A stretch of DNA of 54,622 nucleotides from positions 1 through 54,622 of IMG/VR virus record IMGVR_UViG_3300017741_000005; one strand, written 5' to 3'. Position 1 is the first letter of the stretch; each line of letters begins with the position of its first letter. This DNA is from a virus (lineage: Duplodnaviria; Caudoviricetes). A model generated the notes under the pieces. That model saw only the letters and a program-made list of their open reading frames with translations. It was not told where the DNA came from and did not search any database. Made by a program: the position numbers and the translations under genes. Positions 46,760 to 54,622 of the stretch are shown here, piece after piece.

Positions 46760-47197
46760 ATGATTAGATTTATTACATTATTTGTGGCGTTAGCATTCAC
46801 TACGCCAGCATATGCAGAAGAAACAATTATTGAAATGTTGAATAAACGAGACGATGGCGCTCGTATGGTATATTCAGAAGATGTCACATACATTAATGCA
46901 GGCGACACAATCAAATGGTTGCCTACCGCCAAAGGCCATAATGTTGAGTTTATTGCAGGGCCAGAAGGTTATGAATTACCCAAACGTTCTAAGTTCAATA
47001 AAGAAGTCTCATTGACATTCGATGTGCCTGGCGTATATTTGTATCAATGCACACCCCATAAAAGTATGGGTATGATTGCACTTGTTGTTGTTGGTAATGA
47101 TACATCAAATTTGACACAAGTTGCGGCGACTAAAGTATTTGGTGGTAGTAAGAAGAAGTTACAAACTCTTGCCGCTGGAGTATCTTTAGGCAATTAA
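46760..47197 (+). CDS. Pseudoazurin-type blue copper protein with signal peptide
   Basis: Signal peptide ending PAYA; MLNK...MVY, GHNV and CTPH..MGM type-1 Cu ligands. Confidence 0.88.
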   Translation: MIRFITLFVALAFTTPAYAEETIIEMLNKRDDGARMVYSEDVTYINAGDTIKWLPTAKGHNVEFIAGPEGYELPKRSKFNKEVSLTFDVPGVYLYQCTPHKSMGMIALVVVGNDTSNLTQVAATKVFGGSKKKLQTLAAGVSLGN

Positions 47198-47240
47198 TCC
47201 TCTATTCTCTGTGTTTTCTGTGGATAAACGAATCATTTCT

Positions 47241-47248
47241 TATAAATA
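47241..47248 (+). promoter_or_regulatory. T4 late promoter TATAAATA
   Basis: Exact consensus upstream of the 47280 gene. Confidence 0.75.
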
Positions 47249-47279
47249 GGAATGAGAGAGTTACATGGAAGGCACAGGG

Positions 47280-47753
47280 ATGGAGCCAATATCAACAGCG
47301 TTAACTGGTATAGCGTTGTTTCAAAAGTCAGTGGAATTTATAAAATCAAATTTAAATACAGCAAACGACATTCGTGATATAGCATCCGCTGTTGACACGA
47401 TGTTCGCTGGTGAGAAACAAATACAAAAAGAAAGATTTGGTAATAAATCCATTATAGGTCAAACCAAAGATGCGGCATCTTCAGTCATTGATGCCAAACT
47501 GGCTAAGGAACAAATGGACGAGTTAGCTATACTAATCGATAATCGCTTCGGTTATGGAACATGGCGCCAGATTGTAGACGAAAGAGCAAAACGTTTACAA
47601 GAAGAAAAGATGCGTGAAAAAGAGGAACGTGCAGCCGCTATTCGCAAGAGACAAAAGCTGATGAAAGATATTAAGACCATAGGGATTGTCAGTAGTATCA
47701 TGTTTGGAGTTGTAATGGTTATAGTAATAGGATTAATCGTATGGATTGGGTAA
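47280..47753 (+). CDS. Late coiled-coil protein with C-terminal membrane anchor
   Basis: MEPISTALTGIAL...RFGYGTWRQI..ER...TM helix. Confidence 0.7.
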   Translation: MEPISTALTGIALFQKSVEFIKSNLNTANDIRDIASAVDTMFAGEKQIQKERFGNKSIIGQTKDAASSVIDAKLAKEQMDELAILIDNRFGYGTWRQIVDERAKRLQEEKMREKEERAAAIRKRQKLMKDIKTIGIVSSIMFGVVMVIVIGLIVWIG

Positions 47754-47866
47754 CAGCAGATTTAATTGATGCTATGAACAACACAAGTTGGTTTGATGGT
47801 ATCGGAACAATAGTCGTATTGTTACTTGCATATGCGGCATACAGATGGATAAAGAAAAATGTTTGA
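47741..47866 (+). CDS. Small membrane protein (41 aa), not in ORF track
   Basis: AGGA SD; MDWVTADLIDAMNNTSWFDGIGTIVVLLLAYAAYRWIKKNV*. Confidence 0.6.
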   Translation: MDWVTADLIDAMNNTSWFDGIGTIVVLLLAYAAYRWIKKNV

Positions 47867-48119
47867 AGGTCTTTTATTCGCTTCAACACTTAACATGATG
47901 ACTTGCAATCTGAAAAGTGGTAAGATTGAAGATGTGGGAACAAGTCAGAATCCTATGTATCAGAGAGTTTGCGAATACATATGTCAGGACTTCTCAAAGG
48001 TATTTCAGAACACAAGCAAAGAATATCAGTGTCCACCTATTCTTCACGAGAGAGTAGAGAGACCTAAACCTAAATCTATCTACAAAGGTAGTGGCCCAAA
48101 CTTTTGGCAAAAAAAGTAA
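47859..48119 (+). CDS. Cys-containing hypothetical protein
   Basis: TC...RVCEYIC...QCP; overlaps the upstream gene. Confidence 0.6.
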   Translation: MFEGLLFASTLNMMTCNLKSGKIEDVGTSQNPMYQRVCEYICQDFSKVFQNTSKEYQCPPILHERVERPKPKSIYKGSGPNFWQKK

Positions 48120-48128
48120 AAATAATGC

Positions 48129-48157
48129 TTGACAATTCCTTCTTGTTATGATAATAT
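48129..48157 (+). promoter_or_regulatory. Sigma70 early promoter
   Basis: TTGACA-N17-TAATAT with TG. Confidence 0.75.
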
Positions 48158-48187
48158 GATTATATTGTTTGATAAATTGAAAGGAAA

Positions 48188-48451
48188 ATGATTATGATTT
48201 CATCAACATTAAAACAGGAACTCCTCTCCTTGTCTTCTTTTGAAGAACTAAATGAGGTAATGAAGTTTGCACAAGATGCACTCTCATTGAAAAACAAAGT
48301 CAACATCAATCTTGGTGACGAAGTTTATATCGTTCGTAAGAATGGAAAAACTCTTGGCACTGTTGAAAAAGTAAACCAGAAAAAAGCGATTATTAAAATC
48401 TATGATGGTCAACGTTACAGCGTTCCATTCACAATGTTGGAGGCTGCATAA
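48188..48451 (+). CDS. Small KOW/SH3-like early protein
   Basis: GDEV......GTVEKVNQKKA.......Y.VP..ML pattern; AAAGGA SD. Confidence 0.65.
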   Translation: MIMISSTLKQELLSLSSFEELNEVMKFAQDALSLKNKVNINLGDEVYIVRKNGKTLGTVEKVNQKKAIIKIYDGQRYSVPFTMLEAA

Positions 48452-49401
48452 TGGCTCATCAGGTAGAAACAATGGCATACGCAGGGGAAGTTCCGTGGCA
48501 TGGCCTCGGTGTCCCTGTCTCAAATGACCTAACACCTCAACAGATGCAACAGAAGGCAGGTCTTGACTGGACAGTCGAGAAACAAGACCTTGTGACTGCA
48601 TCTGGTGCAAAGGTCGATGGTAAACAAGCACTGGTTCGCACATCTGATAACAAAGTTTTAGATGTTATTGGTAAAGGTTGGAATCCAGTTCAGAATGATG
48701 AGGCGTTTGACTTCTTCTCTGAGTATGTTCTTGCAGGTGATATGGAAATGAACACCGCAGGTTCACTTAGGGATGGTAACATGGTCTGGGCTCTTGCGAA
48801 AGTAAAGGACTCCTTCACTATTCTTGGTGAAGACCAAGTTGACTCTTATCTCTTGTTTTCAAATCCACACCAATATGGTAAAGCAATTGATGTTCGGTTC
48901 ACACCTATTCGTGTGGTCTGTAACAACACACTTTCTTTGTCACTTGGTCAAAAGGTAGAAAAGTCTGTATCTTTGAACCACCGCACACAGTTCAATCCTG
49001 ACTCTGTAAAAGAGACATTGGGTATTGCGTCTGAAAAATTCCAACTATATAGAGAGACTGCCGAGTTTCTTTCAACCAAGAGGTTTACAGTGGAATCACT
49101 CGTTCAATACTACAATGAGGTCTTTCCTCGCACCTATCAAGGTAAGAAGGAAATCTCTGTCAAGGACTTTACTGACTTGTCTTCTAATGGACAGAAAGCG
49201 TATGAAGTTCTGGATACTCAGCCAGGCGCACAGTTTGGTGAGGGAACATGGTGGCAAGCACTGAATAGTGTCACCTATCTGACCGACCACCAACTTGGTC
49301 GTGAGGCAGACACACGTTTGACCTCTGCATGGTTCGGTGCAAACCAATCACGCAAAGTGAAAGCAGTTGAGAAAGCAGTGGAGTATGCGAACGCTGTTTA
49401 A
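48451..49401 (+). CDS. DUF932 family phage/plasmid protein
   Basis: MAH.VETMAY.GEVPWHGLG, AGLDW.V, PVQN.EAF.FF, TPIRVVCNNTL, GTWWQA.N.VT...DH. Confidence 0.88.
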   Translation: MAHQVETMAYAGEVPWHGLGVPVSNDLTPQQMQQKAGLDWTVEKQDLVTASGAKVDGKQALVRTSDNKVLDVIGKGWNPVQNDEAFDFFSEYVLAGDMEMNTAGSLRDGNMVWALAKVKDSFTILGEDQVDSYLLFSNPHQYGKAIDVRFTPIRVVCNNTLSLSLGQKVEKSVSLNHRTQFNPDSVKETLGIASEKFQLYRETAEFLSTKRFTVESLVQYYNEVFPRTYQGKKEISVKDFTDLSSNGQKAYEVLDTQPGAQFGEGTWWQALNSVTYLTDHQLGREADTRLTSAWFGANQSRKVKAVEKAVEYANAV

Positions 49402-49537
49402 TCTCATAAATCGTTGGAGAGGGGTGTTCTTTGAACACCCTGACCCAATCGAAGAAAATATCGGAGAAGATGTAAGACCACATTGGGTTATGTCTACTCA
49501 AGATAAATATCGTTCGCAGGAAGAAGAAGAGTTCTAA
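49385..49537 (+). CDS. Small hypothetical protein (50 aa), not in ORF track
   Basis: GGAG SD; TAATG coupling to the peroxiredoxin start. Confidence 0.55.
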   Translation: MRTLFNLINRWRGVFFEHPDPIEENIGEDVRPHWVMSTQDKYRSQEEEEF

Positions 49538-50073
49538 TGTTTAATCAAATACCAAATGTGACCTTCCAAACAAGAGTTCGAGACGACAGTTTGTTTGGAG
49601 ATAATCCCTTTCGATGGGAAGAAGTAACAACCGATGAACTATGGGGAAAAGGACGACACATCGTCTTTAGTTTGCCTGGCGCATACACTCCAACCTGTTC
49701 CACCTATCAACTACCAGATTATGAAAAGATGACCGCCGATGGCGAGTTTGCGAAGTTTGGTATCGATACAGTAAATTGTATTTCCGTCAATGATGCGTTT
49801 GTCATGAACTGTTGGGGACGTGACCAAGGTATCGAAAATATTCGATTGATTCCTGATGGCTCAGGCACATTTACTCGTCAGATGGGTATGCTTGTTGATA
49901 AAGATAATCTTGGTTTTGGAATGCGTTCATGGCGATATGCGATGATTATCGATAATGGTTTCATTGAAACATTCTTACCCGAAGAAGGATTTATTGACAA
50001 TTGTCCTGAAGACCCTTATGGAGAATCTAGTCCTCAGAATGTATTGGATATTTTGTCGGAGAATAATCTTTAG
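49537..50073 (+). CDS. Peroxiredoxin (Prx5/redoxin family)
   Basis: FSLPGAYTPTCS peroxidatic motif, SVNDAFVM..W, PDGSG.FT, GFGMRSWRYA. Confidence 0.93.
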   Translation: MFNQIPNVTFQTRVRDDSLFGDNPFRWEEVTTDELWGKGRHIVFSLPGAYTPTCSTYQLPDYEKMTADGEFAKFGIDTVNCISVNDAFVMNCWGRDQGIENIRLIPDGSGTFTRQMGMLVDKDNLGFGMRSWRYAMIIDNGFIETFLPEEGFIDNCPEDPYGESSPQNVLDILSENNL

Positions 50074-51364
50074 ATAGAATAAATCGACTTGCATGGTTTG
50101 AGACCAATTGTAATATTGCGACTCTTTGGTGCAAGTCTTTTTCTATCTGTTGACACAACAACTCTGTTTCATGTCCTCGAAGTTGTTCCATATTGATTTT
50201 GGTGTCCTGCATAAATGGTGTTAGGTCAATGTCGTCTGGTAGATTTAACTTTCGAGGTTCGATAAAGAACTGGTCATCAATCATATATAAATCATCTTCG
50301 ATATATCTTGGTTTGTCCCACAATTCACACATAATCTCTTTACCATCAAATTCATAGAAGTCATCTGGTAAGACTCCAAGACCATTCTCTTTGACCACAC
50401 TATTCTCATCAACAAAGTTTACAAGTAAAGGAATGGCCGTATCGATTGAACCATAATGAGAATGAAACTTTACATTATATTCTCGTGTAAGGTCGGCAAA
50501 AGATTGGTCGAGTGCAAATCCACACATATTGATATTGACAGTTCGTTTGAATGGCCCTGAGAATGATTCAAGAAAGTTCATCAGTTCTGCCTTGTTTGGT
50601 ATCATAATGTGTGAGGGTGGATACTGAAGTAGGTCATGAAGTCCCTGCATCATATCTTCATTTTCTTCTTGACTGAGGTCATGACCTATTGCAAATGACC
50701 CGTGGACATGCGCTTTCATCAAGGCAGGTAAGAGTGATGTAAGTAAAGCAGATGCGTGATGTAAGTTTCTAGAATGAATGACCTTTGAATCGGACTTGAA
50801 CTCAAATACATCTACATTGCGTTTCGATATTTCATATACCTCTTTGTGTGAAAACAAGATTGGTCGAGAGGGTTTTGTTGAACCACTAGTAGAAGATAAA
50901 AGAAATGGGTCAGTCGGTTCTATCGAGACATTGTAAGTCTGTTCAGGCCAGTGACCATTCTTATCTAGTTGAGGTGTCTTTCTTACATCAATTGATTTGC
51001 CACCATATAGTCTTATCATCTTATCGTGTAGACCATCATATATCCCTGACATGTCTAATGAGGAGTCGTAGATAAAATAATCAGATGGGCCGTGTAGTGC
51101 AAGTTTCGTATATGGAAGGGACAATTCAGTAGCAGGACTATCTAGAATAATTATTTTAAGACCAAGTTCTGCACATGCGAAGATAGATGCGACATGATAA
51201 GTTGAAACAGGTAAAATTGATATTGTAATGAGGTCACCTTTTTTTGCACCTCGGTCTGTGAGAAGTGCCTTGACCTTATCAATTTTTACACATATTTCAG
51301 ATTTACTTTCGTTGTCAAAAATAATATCATCAACTATGATACTACGATTTAATGTGTTTTGCAT
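50027..51364 (-). CDS. Divergent AMP-binding (ANL superfamily)-like protein, paralogue of 43612..45030
   Basis: IFACAELG, P-loop SSTSGSTK, NLHHASAL...LPALM, HYGSID. Confidence 0.7.
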   Translation of the reverse strand: MQNTLNRSIIVDDIIFDNESKSEICVKIDKVKALLTDRGAKKGDLITISILPVSTYHVASIFACAELGLKIIILDSPATELSLPYTKLALHGPSDYFIYDSSLDMSGIYDGLHDKMIRLYGGKSIDVRKTPQLDKNGHWPEQTYNVSIEPTDPFLLSSTSGSTKPSRPILFSHKEVYEISKRNVDVFEFKSDSKVIHSRNLHHASALLTSLLPALMKAHVHGSFAIGHDLSQEENEDMMQGLHDLLQYPPSHIMIPNKAELMNFLESFSGPFKRTVNINMCGFALDQSFADLTREYNVKFHSHYGSIDTAIPLLVNFVDENSVVKENGLGVLPDDFYEFDGKEIMCELWDKPRYIEDDLYMIDDQFFIEPRKLNLPDDIDLTPFMQDTKINMEQLRGHETELLCQQIEKDLHQRVAILQLVSNHASRFILSKDYSPTKYPIHSED

Positions 51365-51755
51365 GAATCTTACATCCTATAAATTCATTATAATACATAT
51401 CATTCAAAAGAACATCGTGTTCGAACTGGAGTTTGGCCTCGTAGTAAGAACACTCACCTTTGGTTTGACAAAGACGAAGTATCTCACGTTCAAATGATGC
51501 ACCCTCTTCAATAAGAGTCTGAACAGTTTCACTTGAACCACAGTAGTCTCTCCAGTTAGATTCTACTCGTGAAACTCTTTTTCTTTTTTTACCTTTAAGT
51601 GGTGGAAGTTTACGACTTGACCAAAAGAATTTTTTACCAATATATTTTTTACCATTTTTCAGATTCATCAAACAATAGACAAACCCTTGATAACTCTCTA
51701 ATAACTCATCAGTCGGAAGAAACGTCTTCCCCTGATATGACCACTCGTGTATCAT
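51342..51755 (-). CDS. GIY-YIG nuclease-domain protein (SegE-like, short)
   Basis: GFVY...NGKKYIGKK...ESNWRDYCGSS...REIL..C...YYE...YN. Confidence 0.8.
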   Translation of the reverse strand: MIHEWSYQGKTFLPTDELLESYQGFVYCLMNLKNGKKYIGKKFFWSSRKLPPLKGKKRKRVSRVESNWRDYCGSSETVQTLIEEGASFEREILRLCQTKGECSYYEAKLQFEHDVLLNDMYYNEFIGCKIHAKHIKS

Positions 51756-53478
51756 TTTTTTCAATCCAGTAATATCTGTCTTCATGGTGTAACACTAGTG
51801 CATCAAGAGGTGTTCTCGCTAGCACTTTTAATGCACCTACTAGATTATTTATAATGGGTTCACCTCTACGATTAAATGACGTATTGAGAAGAACTCCATC
51901 AAACGCAGTGAGTATATCGTAGAATAATGGATTGGTATCTTGGTCTACAACGTGTAGACGAGTCGTGTTGTCTATGTGAGTGACGGCGTTTAGTTTGTTT
52001 TGATATCTTGGTTTTACCTTTGCGACATATGACATGTGTTCCATGTTATCAAGACTAGAGGACTCAAAATACTTGTTGCAATCTTCTTTGCGACAGGCAG
52101 CCGCATATGGTCTGAACCACTCTCTGAATTTTACAGTAGAATTTAGTTTTTCTTTTGCGGTTCTAATAGATGCGTCACATATGATTGACCTGTGTCCAAG
52201 AGCTCTAGGCCCGACCTCAACATCACCTTGAATCAAACCAATGACTTTACCATCACGAAGTCTCTGTCCAATCTCTTCGATAGTAACTTCAGTATCAAAG
52301 AACTTAGGACGATTGTGTAGGTCTCTGTCATTCATCGAGAATGCAGGGCCTGCAAATCTAAGGTCATAATCTGTTTTCTTGAGAAGATTTAGTCTACTCA
52401 TTTCTCGGAACATCATACCTACAGACAATCCACCATCTTCAGGATTCGGTGGAACATACACATTTATATCTGGAAATGTTTGTCTTACTTTCTCATTTGC
52501 TAGGACGTTCATTGCAGAACCACCAGTGAGAATGAGATTATTGTCATGGAGTTTGATGTCGTCTATGAAGTGTTCTTTAATAATATCAATAAGTGTTTCT
52601 TCAAAAAAGGATTGAAGTGTAGCGGCAATCATATATTGAGATGCCCCATTGATTGATACTCTTCCTCTGTTTTCAGGAAACTTTTCAAGAAAGTGTGATG
52701 CAGTATATGCTCCAAATCTCTGGTCGTCTATACCAAACACCTCTTGTGCCATGGCCCGATAACCATCACACGTTATAAGATTTTCACGATGTTTATGAAA
52801 GTCTCTATTTCTGTCAACAAGGGATTGAACATCTCTTGGTTTTGGACTAGCATATGCCGCCATTGCCATCACCTTACCAACCACACCTAAAGAATATCCA
52901 TGAGATGTGTTAGCATAAACTTCGTTTAGTGGATATGAGTTTGATTGATAGAACCCTGATATATGATATCCATAATTAGTTCCAGTTATCTGTTTCTTAT
53001 TTCTAAATGTTGCTGTGCGAAAATGTGTATCGTCTCCACCATTATCGAATGATATCACAAAAGCATTATCGAATCCAGACTGACCATATCCACACCAAGC
53101 ATGTGCGTCATGATGATGAATGGAATCACTAGATTCGTAAGCGTCATAGGTTGTTATTATTTTATCTTCAACGAAGACTTTGCCAGTAAAATCACCCAAT
53201 GCACTAGTTCTCTCGACAACATGAGGTGTATCTGAAAATAGATTGGCACTATTAAACTTTATATAAACATTACTAAATTCTTTAGAACCATAGAGGTCTA
53301 ATACACTATCTTGACAAAAAACAAAGTCTGAAGTTATCATGTTAGATTTTATGAATAATGAGTGTTTCACTCCTATGATGCGGTCAAACTCATACACAAA
53401 CATCTTATCAGTGTCAGGTTCATATATGGTTATAGACGAGTCGTGAAAACCCATGTAGTATGTAAGTATCGGTTTCAT
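51709..53478 (-). CDS. Carbamoyltransferase (CmcH/NodU/TobZ family)
   Basis: HDSS, HHHDAHA, DNGGD, GKVMAMAAY, TGGSAMNVLAN, PNPEDGGLSVG, GPRALGHRS, KFREWFRPYA, LLNTSFN.RGEPI. Confidence 0.92.
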   Translation of the reverse strand: MKPILTYYMGFHDSSITIYEPDTDKMFVYEFDRIIGVKHSLFIKSNMITSDFVFCQDSVLDLYGSKEFSNVYIKFNSANLFSDTPHVVERTSALGDFTGKVFVEDKIITTYDAYESSDSIHHHDAHAWCGYGQSGFDNAFVISFDNGGDDTHFRTATFRNKKQITGTNYGYHISGFYQSNSYPLNEVYANTSHGYSLGVVGKVMAMAAYASPKPRDVQSLVDRNRDFHKHRENLITCDGYRAMAQEVFGIDDQRFGAYTASHFLEKFPENRGRVSINGASQYMIAATLQSFFEETLIDIIKEHFIDDIKLHDNNLILTGGSAMNVLANEKVRQTFPDINVYVPPNPEDGGLSVGMMFREMSRLNLLKKTDYDLRFAGPAFSMNDRDLHNRPKFFDTEVTIEEIGQRLRDGKVIGLIQGDVEVGPRALGHRSIICDASIRTAKEKLNSTVKFREWFRPYAAACRKEDCNKYFESSSLDNMEHMSYVAKVKPRYQNKLNAVTHIDNTTRLHVVDQDTNPLFYDILTAFDGVLLNTSFNRRGEPIINNLVGALKVLARTPLDALVLHHEDRYYWIEKNDTRVVISGEDVSSD

Positions 53479-53483
53479 ATCTC

Positions 53484-53491
53484 TATTTATC
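53484..53491 (-). promoter_or_regulatory. Late-promoter variant GATAAATA before the carbamoyltransferase
   Basis: Same octamer and same 5-nt spacing to the ATG as before gp13. Confidence 0.5.
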
Positions 53492-53612
53492 CTATTTCAA
53501 TCTCTGACCCACACATCGGACAATAAATTGGTTCTTCATCAGAGTCAACTACAGACACCTCTGTCTCTGTCTGGCATACAACACAGAATAATTCAAAGAT
53601 GTCACCCTCCAT
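53487..53612 (-). CDS. Small zinc-ribbon/rubredoxin-like protein (41 aa), not in ORF track
   Basis: MEGDIFELFCVVC...YCPMCGSEIEIG*, two CxxC pairs; TAATG coupling to nrdB. Confidence 0.75.
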   Translation of the reverse strand: MEGDIFELFCVVCQTETEVSVVDSDEEPIYCPMCGSEIEIG

Positions 53613-54574
53613 TATGCCGCAACCTTATCCCAGCCCCAATCACCTTCCATACCATTTACGGAATATTCTGTGACACGTTTCTCAAAGAAGTTGTCGTGGG
53701 ATGCACCATTCAGAACCCAATCTAACCACGGCAGTGGATTGTCCTTGACACCGAACTTTGGTTTCATACCAAGTTGTAGAAGTCTGCGGTCTGCAATGTG
53801 ACGGATGTATTGTTTAACATCTTCCTCAGACAGACCTTCCATCTCCATACCATCAAAAGCAAGTTTGATGAAACGGTCTTCGAGTTTGACTACATCTTTT
53901 GCCATCTGATAGATTTTAGATTTGAGTTCATCATTGACGATACGAGGATGTTCCTCGCAGAACTCACGGAAGAGTTTCGCATTACCCTGAACGTGAACAG
54001 TCTCGTCACGAATAGACCACTCAACAATTGTTCCCATACCCTTCATCTTACCATACCGTTGGAAGTTCAACAACATCACAAACGATGCGAACACTGACAG
54101 ACCTTCGTTGAATACAGACTGTGCGAGGGCCAATGCCAGACCCGTATGACTGTTGATGTCACCCTGTTTCATGAAGTCAATCTTGTCGGACATCTCTTTG
54201 TATTCGAGGAACATATGGAAGTCCTCATCAGGCAGACCCAGAGTATCATTCAACAATGCATATGCACGTTGGTGAACTGCTTCTCGACCCGCAAACGATG
54301 ATAACATATTACGGACTTCATTATTCTTGAACTTTGGAATCAGAAGTTCGTGGTAGTTCTCACCAACTTGAACATCTGATTGTGTAAACAGACGGAGAAC
54401 CTGTGTGATAAAGTTCTTCTCTGGTTCACTCAGTTTAGTCTTCCAATCCTGAACGTCTTCGGACAGTTCTGCTTCGTCTTCAATCCAGTGTATCTCTTCG
54501 TGTTTCTTTGATAGTTCCACTGCCCACGGGTAGAGGAACGGCCGGTATGTTTTTGAAAAATCTAGTAATGACAT
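53612..54574 (-). CDS. nrdB: Class Ia ribonucleotide reductase beta subunit
   Basis: YRPF.YPW, LFTQSD, REAVHQRAY, EGLSVFASF, WSIRDETVH, NFFEKRVTEY. Confidence 0.96.
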   Translation of the reverse strand: MSLLDFSKTYRPFLYPWAVELSKKHEEIHWIEDEAELSEDVQDWKTKLSEPEKNFITQVLRLFTQSDVQVGENYHELLIPKFKNNEVRNMLSSFAGREAVHQRAYALLNDTLGLPDEDFHMFLEYKEMSDKIDFMKQGDINSHTGLALALAQSVFNEGLSVFASFVMLLNFQRYGKMKGMGTIVEWSIRDETVHVQGNAKLFREFCEEHPRIVNDELKSKIYQMAKDVVKLEDRFIKLAFDGMEMEGLSEEDVKQYIRHIADRRLLQLGMKPKFGVKDNPLPWLDWVLNGASHDNFFEKRVTEYSVNGMEGDWGWDKVAA

Positions 54575-54577
54575 TTT

Positions 54578-54622
54578 TTATCCCTCGCAAGCACGACATT
54601 CATCGTCTTCTTGTGTTTCTAA
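54578..54622 (-). CDS. nrdA: Ribonucleotide reductase alpha subunit, C-terminal fragment only
   Basis: Reads LETQEDDECRACEG*, the NrdA C-terminal CxxC tail, directly upstream of nrdB. Confidence 0.85.
   Translation of the reverse strand, partial: LETQEDDECRACEG

Noticed and set aside
49421-49440. Hairpin gggtgttc-ttt-gaacaccc after the DUF932 gene
   Set aside because: No U tract and inside a plausible small ORF; may be a weak terminator but cannot be supported.
51342-51755. GIY-YIG gene as a mobile homing endonuclease
   Set aside because: Short, with no recognisable C-terminal DNA-binding domain; resembles a conserved T4-like gene rather than a recent insertion.
130-54097. Many 60-180 aa antisense or off-frame ORFs in the track
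   Set aside because: They overlap confidently identified genes and lack SDs or recognisable motifs.
1-54622. Prophage or temperate lifestyle, or alternative genetic code
   Set aside because: No integrase, repressor or host flank is seen, and core genes translate full length in the standard bacterial code.

Overview
54.6 kb segment of a T4-like (Tevenvirinae/marine myovirus-type) dsDNA phage genome. It runs from the end of a tail-fibre-like gene through the canonical neck-terminase-sheath-tube-portal-head module (gp13-gp23), gp3-uvsY-uvsW, gp55-47-46-45-44-62-regA-43, uvsX-41, thyX, and nrdB plus the nrdA 3' end. Near-consensus sigma70 promoters (TTGAC-N17-TAtaaT with extended -10) and T4 late promoters (TATAAATA) punctuate it. 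Several signals point to an alphaproteobacterial host: a circularly permuted two-piece tmRNA (tag ANDNYAHEEYALAA), a pseudoazurin, an RpoH-type promoter with a ROSE-like RNA thermometer ahead of hsp20, and hairpins with CUCCUUUC anti-Shine-Dalgarno loops. Single genes inserted between core genes form a dispersed set of tailoring enzymes: three adenylate-forming ligases, two B12-type radical SAM paralogues, a carbamoyltransferase, a UDP-sugar epimerase, a catalytically degenerate UDP-glucose dehydrogenase, and cupin/2OG oxygenases. Virion proteins carry clustered Asp-Ser (DS-x) motifs, four of them in the variable loop of the major capsid protein. My leading hypothesis, which is inference only, is a phage-encoded virion glycosylation/decoration system. 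A reverse-strand DUF262-HNH plus DUF4338-like pair looks like a phage-borne defence or competition module. All family calls are from motif recognition and synteny; no database searches were run.
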